Shown here: piece after piece, positions 1 through 8,985 of the stretch | Layout of the letters: every line of letters begins with the position of its first letter | Position numbering within the stretch: position 1 is the first letter of the stretch | Assembly: GCF_000284115.1 (NCBI RefSeq) | Contig: NC_017080.1 | Location: forward strand, 1,860,001-1,892,000 | Length of the DNA: 32,000 nucleotides | Direction: 5' to 3' | Source of the DNA: Phycisphaera mikurensis NBRC 102666 | GTDB lineage: Bacteria > Planctomycetota > Phycisphaerae > Phycisphaerales > Phycisphaeraceae | Program-made: the position numbers and the translations under genes | The notes under the pieces: model-generated | What the model saw: the letters and a program-made list of their open reading frames with translations, nothing else | The model's database searches: none | What the model was told of the DNA's origin: nothing

Positions 1-1
1 C

Positions 2-592
2 GTGACCGTGGCGGCTGTTTTCGCGGCCGTCCGGGAGGCGCGGCGGCGGGTGTCGATCCCGCTGGTGGCGATGCTGAGCTACTCGATCGTCTACCGGCTG
101 GGCCTGGACCGCTTCTGCGAGGAAGCCGCGGCTGCGGGCTTCGACGGGCTCATCATCCCGGACCTCGCCGTCGAAGAATCGGCGGAATCGGCGGCGGCCG
201 CGGCGCGGGCGGGGCTGACGCTGAGCCTCCTGGTGGCCCCGTCGACGCCGCCAAAGCGGGCGGCGCGGCTGGCAGAGGCGAGCACGGGCTTCGTGTACGT
301 CGTCAGCCGCGCGGGCATCACCGGGGCCGACAAGGACGTGCCGGAGGGGCTGGCGGAGCGGGTGGCGGGCTTGCGGGCCGCGACGGACCTCCCGCTGGCC
401 GTGGGCTTCGGCATCGCCTCGGCGGCGCAGGTCCGCCAGGTGGTGGGCGCAGCGGACGCGGCCATCGTCGGCTCGGCGCTGGTCCGCCGGCTCGCGGGCT
501 TCCGGGGCGACGGGCACGCCGCGGCGGCCGACGCGGCGCGGGCGTTCGTCGCCGAGCTCGCGGCGGGCCTGCCGGCTCCGGCGGCGGCATGA
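2..592 (+). CDS. trpA: Tryptophan synthase alpha chain, 5'-truncated by the window edge
   Basis: Motifs characteristic of TrpA: MLSYSIVYRLGLDRFCEEAAAAGFDGLIIPDL, GFVYVVSRAGITG, LPLAVGFGIASAAQV, AAIVGSALV. The N-terminal part lies upstream of the window. Confidence 0.95.
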   Translation: MTVAAVFAAVREARRRVSIPLVAMLSYSIVYRLGLDRFCEEAAAAGFDGLIIPDLAVEESAESAAAAARAGLTLSLLVAPSTPPKRAARLAEASTGFVYVVSRAGITGADKDVPEGLAERVAGLRAATDLPLAVGFGIASAAQVRQVVGAADAAIVGSALVRRLAGFRGDGHAAAADAARAFVAELAAGLPAPAAA

Positions 593-662
593 GCCCGGTT
601 CAGCGGCAGGGCCGCGGCGCCCGTTCGAGACGGCTCCCCGCCCGGGTCGATAGAACAGGCCG

Positions 663-3107
663 ATGCATGCAAGCCCCGCGCCCTTTCCGAGCCGCTCCGC
701 CCTTGCCCCGCTCCGCCCCGCCCGGGAGACGCGGGTCGTGGCGGCCACGCGCTCGCGGTTGAGCGCCCGACGCGGGGGCCGTCTGCGGGCGGGCTTGGCC
801 ACGCTGATCCCGCTCGCTCTCTTTGCGGGCGCGGCCCGGGCGGCGGAGGCCGGGGGCGACGAGATGCTCTCCGCGGCGTTCACGCGGGAGGCGCTGGCGC
901 TGCTCGCCGAAGGCGGCCCCGAGGCGGCGGCCCAAGGTTCCGAGGCCGCACCCCTCGAGGCCGCGGCGGTGCTGCTGGACCTCTCCGCGGGGCTGACGCC
1001 GGAAGCCTCGGAGATGCAGTGGCTGCGGGCGGACCTCGCCGAGCGTCGCGGCGACGTGGGCACCCTCCGAGACGCGCTGGGTGCCTACCTGCGGGAGCGG
1101 CCCGAGGACGACGCCGCGCTGCTGAAGGCGGCCCTGGTGCGGGTGACCGAGGCCCAGACGCTCGACGGCCGGCTCACGCGGATGAAGGAGATCCTCGCCT
1201 CCTCCGCGCGCGGCGGCGAGGCGACGGCCGCGATGCGGTCGCGTCTGTCGCTGCTGGCCAGCGAAGCGGCGGCGGAGCTCGGCAACGCGTCGGAGCGGAT
1301 CTCGCTGCTCGGCCAGGCCGCCGCGCTGGACCCGGCCAACGCCGCCGCCGCCGCCGGCGTTTTCGATCTGCTCGCGGCCCGCGACGCCGGAGCGAAGCGG
1401 CTGGGCGCCGCGGCGGCCAACTGGGTCTTCGCGGCGCCGGTGGACGCGGTGCCCCGCCTGGCGCTCGCGCGGGTGCTGGCCGGCGAGGGAGCGCACGCCG
1501 TGGCCGCCGATCAGTACGAGCGGGCCTCGGTCTTCAGCGGCGCGACGCTGCTGCCGCTCCCGGACCTGCGGCGCTACGCGACGGCTCTTCTGGCGACCGG
1601 GCGGGAGCGCGAGGCCCGCGAGATGCTCTCCGCCGCGGAAGCGCGTCTCGCCGCCGGCGAGCCCGGGACCGACGCGGGCGAGCGGCGGCTCATCGACCTG
1701 TTCCTGGTGGTCCTCGCCGAGCCGGGCGCCGAGGCGGCCGCCCTGGAACGGCTCCACGAGCGGGCCGGGGCGCTCGTCGACCGTGGCGGGCCGGAGGAGC
1801 GGGAGGAGGCCCGGTTGGACCGCGCCTGGATCGACGCCGTGCTCGCGGTGCGGCCGGTGGAGGAGGCCGAGGCGGCGCTGGAGCTCGCCGGCGGCCGCTA
1901 CGCCGACGCCGACCCGCGGCGGGAGGTCGCCGCGGGTTGGATCGCGCTGCGGCGCGGGGACCCGGCGGCGGCCCGAGCGGCTTTCTCCAGCGTCCCGGAG
2001 CACCCGCTCGCGCGGCTGGGCCTCGCCGAGCTCGCCGACCCGGGCGACCCCACCCGGGACGCGCTCCTCGACGAGCTCGCCGCCGCCGGGAGCGGCGACC
2101 CGGCCGGTCTGCTCGCCGTCCGGAAGCTCGAAGAGGAGAAGCGGGAGGTCCCGGTGACGCCGGTCGGGCAGGCGGTGCTGAACCTCATGGCGGAGCGACC
2201 GGCGTCTCTCTGGCGGATGGAGGTCACGCGGGAGCCGCTGATCGCGCTCCGCTGCGAAGTCCAGCCCCGCCGCATCCTGCCCTTCCGCCGGGCGGAGCTG
2301 GTCGTGACGCTGGAGAACCGATCCCGCCTGCCGGTCTCGCTCGGCGACGGCCAAACGCTGCGGCCGGTGGCCTTCGTCAGCACCGCGCTCTTCGAGGGCG
2401 AGACCCCGCTGGGCGCCCTCCCGACGCAGGTCGTCAACGTCGGCCGCCGGCTGAGCCTCGAACCCGGCGAGGCGCTCAGCGTCCCGACGCGGCTCGACCA
2501 CGGGCCGATCGGCCGCCGCCTCGCTCAGGAGCCCGACCGCGACTTCAGCTTCAGCATGTCCGTCACGCTCGACCCCCGGTTGACGCCCAGCGGAGCCGTG
2601 GCGATCGGGCCGCTCGGCGCCGTGGAGACCCTCCGCGGGGTCCAGGCCGCGGGGAGCCCGGTGAGCGAGGCCGCGATCCGCGGCTGGTTCGACGCGATGA
2701 GCGGCGACTCCACGCTCGAGGAGTATGCGGCGCTGGTCCGGCTGGCCATGCTCCAGGGCGGCACCGACGATCGGTCCATCAGCCCACGCCTGCTCGCCGA
2801 CACGACCTCGCTGCTCGGCGAGCGGGTGCCCAACCTCGCGACGACGCCGCTGGCGCTGTGCGGCCTCTACCTGCAGAGCGGGGCCCGCCGCGACCCGGCG
2901 ATCGAGCGGATCCTCGCGACGGCCCGATCCAGCCGCGACGACGCGGTGCGGGTCGCGACGCTGCTGGGGCAGGTCCGCGACCCCACCGATCCCGCCCTCG
3001 ACGCCGCCGTGCGCGCCGGCAGCCCCCGGCTCCGGCGGTTCGCGGAGGCCTGGACGCGGGTGCTGATGGATCGCGATCCGGTGGCGGCGGGCACCACGCC
3101 GCGGTGA
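663..3107 (+). CDS. Exported protein with a TPR-like alpha-helical N-terminal region; function unknown
   Basis: 814-aa ORF with an N-terminal hydrophobic segment (AGLATLIPLALFAGAARA), Ala/Leu-rich repeated helices and a beta-rich C-terminal half (ELVVTLENRSRLPVSLGDG). The start may be further downstream (alternative GTG/TTG). Confidence 0.7.
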   Translation: MHASPAPFPSRSALAPLRPARETRVVAATRSRLSARRGGRLRAGLATLIPLALFAGAARAAEAGGDEMLSAAFTREALALLAEGGPEAAAQGSEAAPLEAAAVLLDLSAGLTPEASEMQWLRADLAERRGDVGTLRDALGAYLRERPEDDAALLKAALVRVTEAQTLDGRLTRMKEILASSARGGEATAAMRSRLSLLASEAAAELGNASERISLLGQAAALDPANAAAAAGVFDLLAARDAGAKRLGAAAANWVFAAPVDAVPRLALARVLAGEGAHAVAADQYERASVFSGATLLPLPDLRRYATALLATGREREAREMLSAAEARLAAGEPGTDAGERRLIDLFLVVLAEPGAEAAALERLHERAGALVDRGGPEEREEARLDRAWIDAVLAVRPVEEAEAALELAGGRYADADPRREVAAGWIALRRGDPAAARAAFSSVPEHPLARLGLAELADPGDPTRDALLDELAAAGSGDPAGLLAVRKLEEEKREVPVTPVGQAVLNLMAERPASLWRMEVTREPLIALRCEVQPRRILPFRRAELVVTLENRSRLPVSLGDGQTLRPVAFVSTALFEGETPLGALPTQVVNVGRRLSLEPGEALSVPTRLDHGPIGRRLAQEPDRDFSFSMSVTLDPRLTPSGAVAIGPLGAVETLRGVQAAGSPVSEAAIRGWFDAMSGDSTLEEYAALVRLAMLQGGTDDRSISPRLLADTTSLLGERVPNLATTPLALCGLYLQSGARRDPAIERILATARSSRDDAVRVATLLGQVRDPTDPALDAAVRAGSPRLRRFAEAWTRVLMDRDPVAAGTTPR

Positions 3108-4507
3108 GCCGCGAGCCCGCCCCCCAATCCGGAGCCGGCGGCGCTCCATCGCGCAGCGCCTCGTCGGGGACCGCCGATCCGGAGGCGACGCGGCCGTCGC
3201 TGCGGGCGCTGCCGGTGGCGGCGCCGGCGGTGCTCGCCGCGGTCTCCAAGCGGCGGCTGAACGGGCAGCCCGCGGCCCCGCTGCGGCCGCTGCCGGCGGA
3301 CCCCGCCGCCAAGGTGCCGCAGGCCGATGCCCGCGTGAGCATCGGCGGCCTGCCCGACCCCGACGCGGCCTTCCGGCAGCTGCGGTGGGGCGGCCGGCTG
3401 GTGGCGCTCACGCGCAGCGAGACGGCCGCCCGGCACGCCGGCGACCACCTCGGCCGCTACCGCGGCCTGAGCGTGGAGGCCGGTCCGTATCGGTTGCGCA
3501 CGCCCCGCCGCGGCTTCGGCTGGCTGCCCGGCGCCGCCTGCGTGCCGGGCATCTCGCGTGGATGGCACGGCGTGACGGCGCGGCGGACCGGCCTGGTCGC
3601 CGCCGACGAGGTCGCTCAGCGCTTCACCTTCGACGTCCGGCTCGAGCGGGTGCCCTCGGTCAGCGACGAGCACGTCGTGGCGAAGACGGTGCCGACCTAC
3701 CGCCAGACGGTCCAGCGGCTGCGGGAACGGTTCCCCGACGCAAAGGAGAGCGTGCTGATGGACCGGGCCGGCAAGCTCGTGAAGCGGGTGTTCCCGGTCT
3801 TTCTGACGCGTGAAGCGGCTTTTCTGCAGCTGCTCCAGCGCGACATGCCCGAGGGCTACCGGCACCGCGTGCCGCGTGCCCTGGCGATCGAGCGGTCCCC
3901 CGACGGCACCGTCCAGAAGCTGTTCATGAGCTGGTTGCGGCTCGGCGGAGACCCGCTGTCGCACCTGGACTTCGCGGAGCAGTCCGCCGACCTCCTCCGC
4001 GTCCTGCACGACTTCGGCGGGGTCATCCACCTCGACCTGCGGCTGGACAACATGGTGATCCACGACGGGGAGGTCTGCTTCGTGGACTTCGGATCCGCGG
4101 TGAGGGTGGGCGAGGACCTGGATCGGAGCCCGATGCTCAAGGGCCTCTTCCACGAGATGATGCAGACCTCGCAGATCCAGCGGACGCTGGGCAAGATGAA
4201 GGACCAGGGCCACCTCACCAGCGGCACGCTGCTCGCCGCCGAGGGCCGCGTGGACAAGGCGGTGGACCTCTTCTACCTCGCGCTGCAGATCAGCCGGCCC
4301 TACTGGAATCCCGATCTCGTCGCCTTCATCGACTACGACGAGACCAGCGAAGAGACCCGCCGCCTCAAACGCTTGACCGACGCCATCCTGCGTCCGCCCA
4401 ACGTCGCCAATCCCGACTTCAACTCCGCGGCCGACGTGCTCGCCGGCGTCGCGCGCATCCGCGAACGCATGGGCACCAACCCGGCATTCGACCGCGGCCG
4501 CGGCTGA
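3104..4507 (+). CDS. Protein kinase-fold protein (Rio/lipopolysaccharide-kinase-like catalytic core)
   Basis: GTG at 3104 overlaps the TGA of the upstream gene (GTGA). Catalytic-loop-like HLDLRLDNMVI followed by VCFVDFGSAV (DFG-like), and an upstream EHVVAKTV candidate lysine. The ORF track starts at 1019, but sequence before 3104 overlaps the TPR gene in another frame. Confidence 0.75.
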   Translation: MSREPAPQSGAGGAPSRSASSGTADPEATRPSLRALPVAAPAVLAAVSKRRLNGQPAAPLRPLPADPAAKVPQADARVSIGGLPDPDAAFRQLRWGGRLVALTRSETAARHAGDHLGRYRGLSVEAGPYRLRTPRRGFGWLPGAACVPGISRGWHGVTARRTGLVAADEVAQRFTFDVRLERVPSVSDEHVVAKTVPTYRQTVQRLRERFPDAKESVLMDRAGKLVKRVFPVFLTREAAFLQLLQRDMPEGYRHRVPRALAIERSPDGTVQKLFMSWLRLGGDPLSHLDFAEQSADLLRVLHDFGGVIHLDLRLDNMVIHDGEVCFVDFGSAVRVGEDLDRSPMLKGLFHEMMQTSQIQRTLGKMKDQGHLTSGTLLAAEGRVDKAVDLFYLALQISRPYWNPDLVAFIDYDETSEETRRLKRLTDAILRPPNVANPDFNSAADVLAGVARIRERMGTNPAFDRGRG

Positions 4508-4746
4508 ACCGGGCATCGATCCGAGCCGACGCACGATCCGCTCCATCTTGCTGGAGTTCCTCCCGTCGGGCCGCGCGAGCGGGCACCGGGGCGGCGGAGC
4601 CTCGCCGCGGGCGCCTCGCGGATGCCCCGCGGACCGGCTCGCGCCTCCCATGCGGGCGTTTTCGGTGCCCGGCGCGCCTCAAGCGGCGAACCCGCACCCG
4701 CCGGAGCGACCCCCGGATTCTCGGGCCCGACCTACGCTGCGACGCC

Positions 4747-5577
4747 ATGCCGAGCATCCTCGACGACATCGTGCAGACCAAGCGGGCGGAGGTGGACCAA
4801 CGTTCCGCGTCGGTGTCGCTGGAGGAGATGAAAGCGCGGGCGCTGGACACGCCCCGGCCGCGGAACTTCTTCAAGGCGCTCACGCAGCCGGCCCGCCGGC
4901 TGAAGGTCATCGCCGAGGTCAAGCGGGCGTCCCCGTCCGCGGGTGTGCTCCGCGACGACTTCGACGCGGTCCAGATCGCCGAGGCGTACCACGCCAACGG
5001 GGCGGCCGCGATCTCCTGCCTCACCGACGAACGCTACTTCCAGGGGCGGCTGGAGGACCTCCAGCGGATCAAGGACGCCGTGCCGATCCCCGTGCTGCGG
5101 AAGGACTTCCTGATCGACCCGTGGCAGCTGTACGAGAGCCGGGCCGCCGGCGCCGACGCGGTGCTGCTGATCGCCGAGTGCCTCCGCGAGCCGGAGATGA
5201 TCGATCTGCTGATCCTCGCGACCGAGCTGCAGATGACCACGCTCGTCGAGGTCCACGACCTCGAGTCGCTCATCCAAGTCAAGCCGCACCTGGGCTTCCC
5301 GCTGCCGGGCTACCAGCTCCTGGGGATCAACAACCGCGACCTGCGGGAGATGACCACGGACGTCGCCCACACGATCGACCTGCTCGGCGAGGTGCCCGAC
5401 AAGGGCATCCTGGTGAGCGAGTCGGGCATCCGCGAGCACGCCGATGTCGCCGAGCTGCTCAAGAACGGCGTCTACCGCGTGCTCGTTGGGGAGAGCCTCA
5501 TGAAGCAGGAGGATCCGGGCGCCGCCCTCCGCGAGCTGATCCACGGCGACGACGGCGGCGAGAGCTTCAACGGCTGA
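4747..5577 (+). CDS. trpC: Indole-3-glycerol phosphate synthase
   Basis: MPSILDDIVQTKRAEV, VIAEVKRASPSAGVLRDDFD, ISCLTDERYFQG, PVLRKDFLIDPWQLYESRAAGADAVLLI, LLGINNRDLR, VSESGI are signature IGPS segments. Confidence 0.97.
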   Translation: MPSILDDIVQTKRAEVDQRSASVSLEEMKARALDTPRPRNFFKALTQPARRLKVIAEVKRASPSAGVLRDDFDAVQIAEAYHANGAAAISCLTDERYFQGRLEDLQRIKDAVPIPVLRKDFLIDPWQLYESRAAGADAVLLIAECLREPEMIDLLILATELQMTTLVEVHDLESLIQVKPHLGFPLPGYQLLGINNRDLREMTTDVAHTIDLLGEVPDKGILVSESGIREHADVAELLKNGVYRVLVGESLMKQEDPGAALRELIHGDDGGESFNG

Positions 5578-5795
5578 GTTCGGCGGCGGCTCCGGGCGCA
5601 GAAGCACGACGCGGGGAGGAGCGGCGGGCGTGCTGGCCGGGACGGTGAAGGCCGCCCCGCCCCGCACCGCATCCCTGTTCCCGCAGGGCCGGTCGGCAAC
5701 CCGCCGTGCCGGCCGGAGGCCGTCCGCGTCAATTGCCCGGCGGGCCGCCGTCCGCGTCGTGCCTCCCGGGCACGAGCTCGGATCGGCGTGGCGTT

Positions 5796-6920
5796 TCAGG
5801 TCGCGCTCTCGTCGAGCTCCTGGCGGCCGACCTTGCGGCCGGTGCGGTGCACCTTCTCGGTCAGCGCCTCGGGGTTGCGGGCGCGGTCGATCATGTCCTC
5901 CGCGTGGATCTTGCCGGCGTCGTACAGCTCCCACAGGTAGTCGTCGAGCAGCTTCATGCCGAACTTCTTGCCGGTCTGGATGGCCGAGTCGATCTTGTAG
6001 CTCTGGGCTTCGCGGATGAGGTTGGCGATGGCCGGCGTCACGACCATGAACTCGTAGGCGGCGCACATGCCCTTGACGTCGGCCCGCTTGAGCAACTGCT
6101 GGCAGAGAACCGCGATCAACGCGGTGGACAGCTGCGCCCGCACCTGCTGCTGCTGGTTCGTGGGGAAGGCGTCGATCAGCCGGTTGATCGTGCCCGAGGC
6201 GGAGTTGGTGTGCAGCGTGCCGAACACGAGGTGGCCCGTCTCGGCCGCGGTGATGGCGTTCTCGATCGTCTCCAGGTCGCGCATCTCGCCGACGAGGATG
6301 ATGTCGGGGTCCTGCCGCAGGGCCCGGCGCAGCGACTCGGAGAAGCTGGGCGCGTCGACGTGGATCTCCCGCTGGTTGACGATCGACTTCTTGTGCTCGT
6401 GCGTGTACTCGATGGGGTCCTCGACCGTGATGATGTGCCGGTCGAGGTTGGTGTTGATGTAGTCGATCATCGAGGCGAGCGTCGTGGTCTTGCCCGAGCC
6501 GGTCGGCCCCGTGACCAGGAAGAGGCCGCGGGGCCGCCGGATCAGGTCCTTGACGATCGCCGGCAGGCCGATCTTGTCGATGTCCAGCAGCATCGTGGGG
6601 ATCCGCCGCAGGACGAGCGCGACGCAGCCGCGCTGCTTGAAGATGGCCACGCGGAAGCGGGCCGACTTCTTCGGGTCGCCGTCGCCGTAGGCGAAACCGA
6701 AGTCGCCCGAGCCGGTCTCCTGCAGCTCGTTCTGGGCCCGCTCCGGCGAGATCGCCTTCATGAGGGCCATCGTGTCGTCCGGCTCGAGTGCCTTGGTCTT
6801 GAGCTCGATCAGCTTCCCGCTCATCCGCACCGTCGGCGGCTTGCCCACGGTGAGGTGGAGGTCGGAGGCTTCCTGGGAGATGACCGTGTCGAGCAGGCGG
6901 TCGATTCGCATCGTCGACAT
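5796..6920 (-). CDS. pilT: Type IV pilus retraction/twitching ATPase
   Basis: SDLHLTVGKPP N-terminus, Walker A GPTGSGKTTTLASMIDYIN, LRQDPDIILVGEMRD, TGHLVFGTLHTNSA, LIDAFP: the PilT signature set. A Shine-Dalgarno-like AAGGAA precedes the ATG. Confidence 0.95.
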   Translation of the reverse strand: MSTMRIDRLLDTVISQEASDLHLTVGKPPTVRMSGKLIELKTKALEPDDTMALMKAISPERAQNELQETGSGDFGFAYGDGDPKKSARFRVAIFKQRGCVALVLRRIPTMLLDIDKIGLPAIVKDLIRRPRGLFLVTGPTGSGKTTTLASMIDYINTNLDRHIITVEDPIEYTHEHKKSIVNQREIHVDAPSFSESLRRALRQDPDIILVGEMRDLETIENAITAAETGHLVFGTLHTNSASGTINRLIDAFPTNQQQQVRAQLSTALIAVLCQQLLKRADVKGMCAAYEFMVVTPAIANLIREAQSYKIDSAIQTGKKFGMKLLDDYLWELYDAGKIHAEDMIDRARNPEALTEKVHRTGRKVGRQELDESAT

Positions 6921-6972
6921 GTTGGAGTTCCTTGGGGTTTAGGCGTGTGAGCTGGGCTGGAGGGTTGGGAGC

Positions 6973-7138
6973 AAGTGAAGAAGCGAAGAAGCGAAGAAGC
7001 GGAGAAGCGGAGAAGCGAAGAAGCGGAGAAGTCAGCAGGGTGGATGCGGGCGAGAGTCGGGCGGCGCAGCCGCCGCGTGTCGGCCTTCTTCGCTTCCGAA
7101 CTTCTTCGCTTCTCCGCTTGGTTGGCGGAGCCAACGCG
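6973..7138. repeat. Intergenic composite element: 8-bp tandem array (about 7 units GAAGAAGC/GGAGAAGC, 6977-7031), inverted-complement arm (7085-7121), and triloop hairpins
   Basis: Direct reading: gaagaagc gaagaagc gaagaagc ggagaagc ggagaagc gaagaagc ggagaag; the right arm is cttcttcg cttccgaa cttcttcg cttctccg cttgg; hairpins GGCGGC-GCA-GCCGCC (7060-7074) and TTGGC-GGA-GCCAA (7122-7134). Confidence 0.85.
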
Positions 7139-8935
7139 TCAAGCCACCAACTCCTCTTCCACTTCCTCCACCACGCCCTCGATCTGGGTCAGGCGGGCGA
7201 TCTCCTCGATCGTGGTCTTGCCCTCGAGGATCTTGAGGCGGCCGTCGCCGAGCAGGTTCCGCATGCCGGAGGCCTCGGCGACGCGACGGATCTTGGAGAC
7301 CTGGGCTCGGTTGAAGGCGAGCTCGCGGATCTCCGAGTTCATCATCATGATCTCGTAGATGCCCTGCCGGCCGCGGTAGCCCTTCTGCGAGCATCGCTTG
7401 CAGCCGACGGCTTTGTAGATCGTGCGGCCTTCCAGGTCCGCCGGGCTCAGCCCGACCATCGCCATCTCGCGGCGGCTGGGGTTGGGATCGGGCTCCTTGC
7501 AGTGCTCGCACAGCAGGCGGATGAGCCGCTGGGCGAGCACGGCCTGGATCGACGATGCCACGAGGAAGGGCTTGAGGCCCATGTCGATGAGGCGGGTGAT
7601 CGCCGAGGGCGCGTCGTTGGTGTGCAGCGTGCTGAAGACCATGTGGCCGGTCAGCGCAGCCTGGATGGCCACCTCGCCGACCTCCTTGTCGCGGATCTCA
7701 CCCACGAGGATGATGTTGGGCGCCTGCCGCAGCATCGCCTTGAGGATCCTCTGGAAGGTCAACGGCGGCTTCATCTGCGTGTTGACCTGGCACTGGTTGA
7801 TGCCCTTGAAGTTGTATTCGATCGGGTCCTCGGCGGTGATGATCTTCCGGTCGGGCCGGTTGAGCTGCTGGAGGGCCGAGTACAGCGTCGTCGTCTTGCC
7901 CGAGCCCGTGGGCCCGGTGACCAGGAAGATGCCGTTGGGCTTGGTGATGATCGTGTTGAAGGCCTCGAGCGTGTCGGGCTGCATGCCCAGCTTCTCGAGC
8001 CCGATGTTCGCGGCGTCGGGCCGCAGGATCCGCAGCACGATCGATTCCCCGTGGTAGGCGGGACAGAACGACACGCGGAAGTCGATCGTGTCCTCGCCGA
8101 TCCGCATCTTGATGCGGCCGTCCTGCGGGATCCGCTTCTCCTCGACGCGCACGCCGGCCATGATCTTGAGGCGTGCGAGCACCGCCCCCTGGATCCGCTT
8201 GGGGATGCGGTCGCGCTCCTGGCACACGCCGTCGACGCGGTAGCGCAGGCGAACGCGGTCTTCGAAGGGCTCGATGTGGATGTCCGAGACCCGCTGCTGG
8301 ACGGCCTGGGCGATGATCTGGTTGACCAGCCGGATCACGGGCGCGGCCGAGGGGTCGTCGGCGTTCTCGGCCTTGCCGGCGCCGATGTCGATGGAGCTGC
8401 CGCGGTCCATCGACGCGTCGATGGTCTTGTCCATGGTGAGGTCCATGGACGTGTCGACCGAGAGGTCTTGCGTCAGCTTGTCGATCGAGGCCTTGGTGTC
8501 GCTGAAGGCGTTGTCGATGTACTCCTTGATCTTCCCCTTCGCGCCCAGCGCGAGCTCGATCTTCCCGCCGAGGCGGAACTGCAGGTCGTCGATGAGGTTG
8601 ATGTCCATCGGGTCGTGGACGAGCACCTTCAGCGTGCTGCCCTCCTTGCCCAGCGGCAGCACCAGATAGCGCTTGACGATGTCCTGCGGGATCAGCGGGA
8701 AGTCTTCCCGGTCGATCACGTTGGGCTCGTCGAGGTCGACAAACTCGAGCCCGTACTGGGTCGCGAGCGCCTTGGCGACGTCGTTCTCGGTGACGTATCC
8801 GAGGCTGACGAGCACCTCGCCGATGCGCTTCTTCCCCGACGCCTTGGCGATCTTGAGCGCCTCTTCCACGCGGCCCTCGGTGACGAGGTCCCACTGCTTG
8901 AGGATCTGACCGAGGGGTTGGCGTTTGCGAGACAT
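7139..8935 (-). CDS. pilB: Type IV pilus assembly / type II secretion ATPase (PilB/GspE family)
   Basis: N-terminal MshEN-like region, Walker A GPTGSGKTTTLYSALQQLN, LVGEIRD, TGHMVFSTLHTNDAPSAITRLIDMG, zinc motif CEHC...CKRCSQKGYRGRQGIYE. The ORF track starts at a TTG at 8953; ATG at 8935 (MSRKRQPLGQ) is the more likely start. Confidence 0.92.
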   Translation of the reverse strand: MSRKRQPLGQILKQWDLVTEGRVEEALKIAKASGKKRIGEVLVSLGYVTENDVAKALATQYGLEFVDLDEPNVIDREDFPLIPQDIVKRYLVLPLGKEGSTLKVLVHDPMDINLIDDLQFRLGGKIELALGAKGKIKEYIDNAFSDTKASIDKLTQDLSVDTSMDLTMDKTIDASMDRGSSIDIGAGKAENADDPSAAPVIRLVNQIIAQAVQQRVSDIHIEPFEDRVRLRYRVDGVCQERDRIPKRIQGAVLARLKIMAGVRVEEKRIPQDGRIKMRIGEDTIDFRVSFCPAYHGESIVLRILRPDAANIGLEKLGMQPDTLEAFNTIITKPNGIFLVTGPTGSGKTTTLYSALQQLNRPDRKIITAEDPIEYNFKGINQCQVNTQMKPPLTFQRILKAMLRQAPNIILVGEIRDKEVGEVAIQAALTGHMVFSTLHTNDAPSAITRLIDMGLKPFLVASSIQAVLAQRLIRLLCEHCKEPDPNPSRREMAMVGLSPADLEGRTIYKAVGCKRCSQKGYRGRQGIYEIMMMNSEIRELAFNRAQVSKIRRVAEASGMRNLLGDGRLKILEGKTTIEEIARLTQIEGVVEEVEEELVA

Positions 8936-8985
8936 GCCACGGATCCTACGCAAGCGGCGACCCGCCGCCGGTACGCTCGGCGGCG

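Noticed and set aside
600-3149. 849-aa minus-strand ORF opposite the TPR-like gene
   Set aside because: Low-complexity Arg/Gly/His-rich translation with no recognisable motif; typical antisense artefact of high-GC3 codon usage. The plus-strand protein has a signal peptide-like segment and sensible composition.
4732-7134. 800-aa minus-strand ORF
   Set aside because: Overlaps trpC and pilT in another frame; composition is Arg/Pro/Ala-rich with no domain signal.
6973-7138. CRISPR array or minisatellite interpretation of the 8-bp repeats
   Set aside because: The repeat unit is 8 bp with no spacers and no cas genes nearby, and the array is paired with an inverted arm, so CRISPR does not fit.
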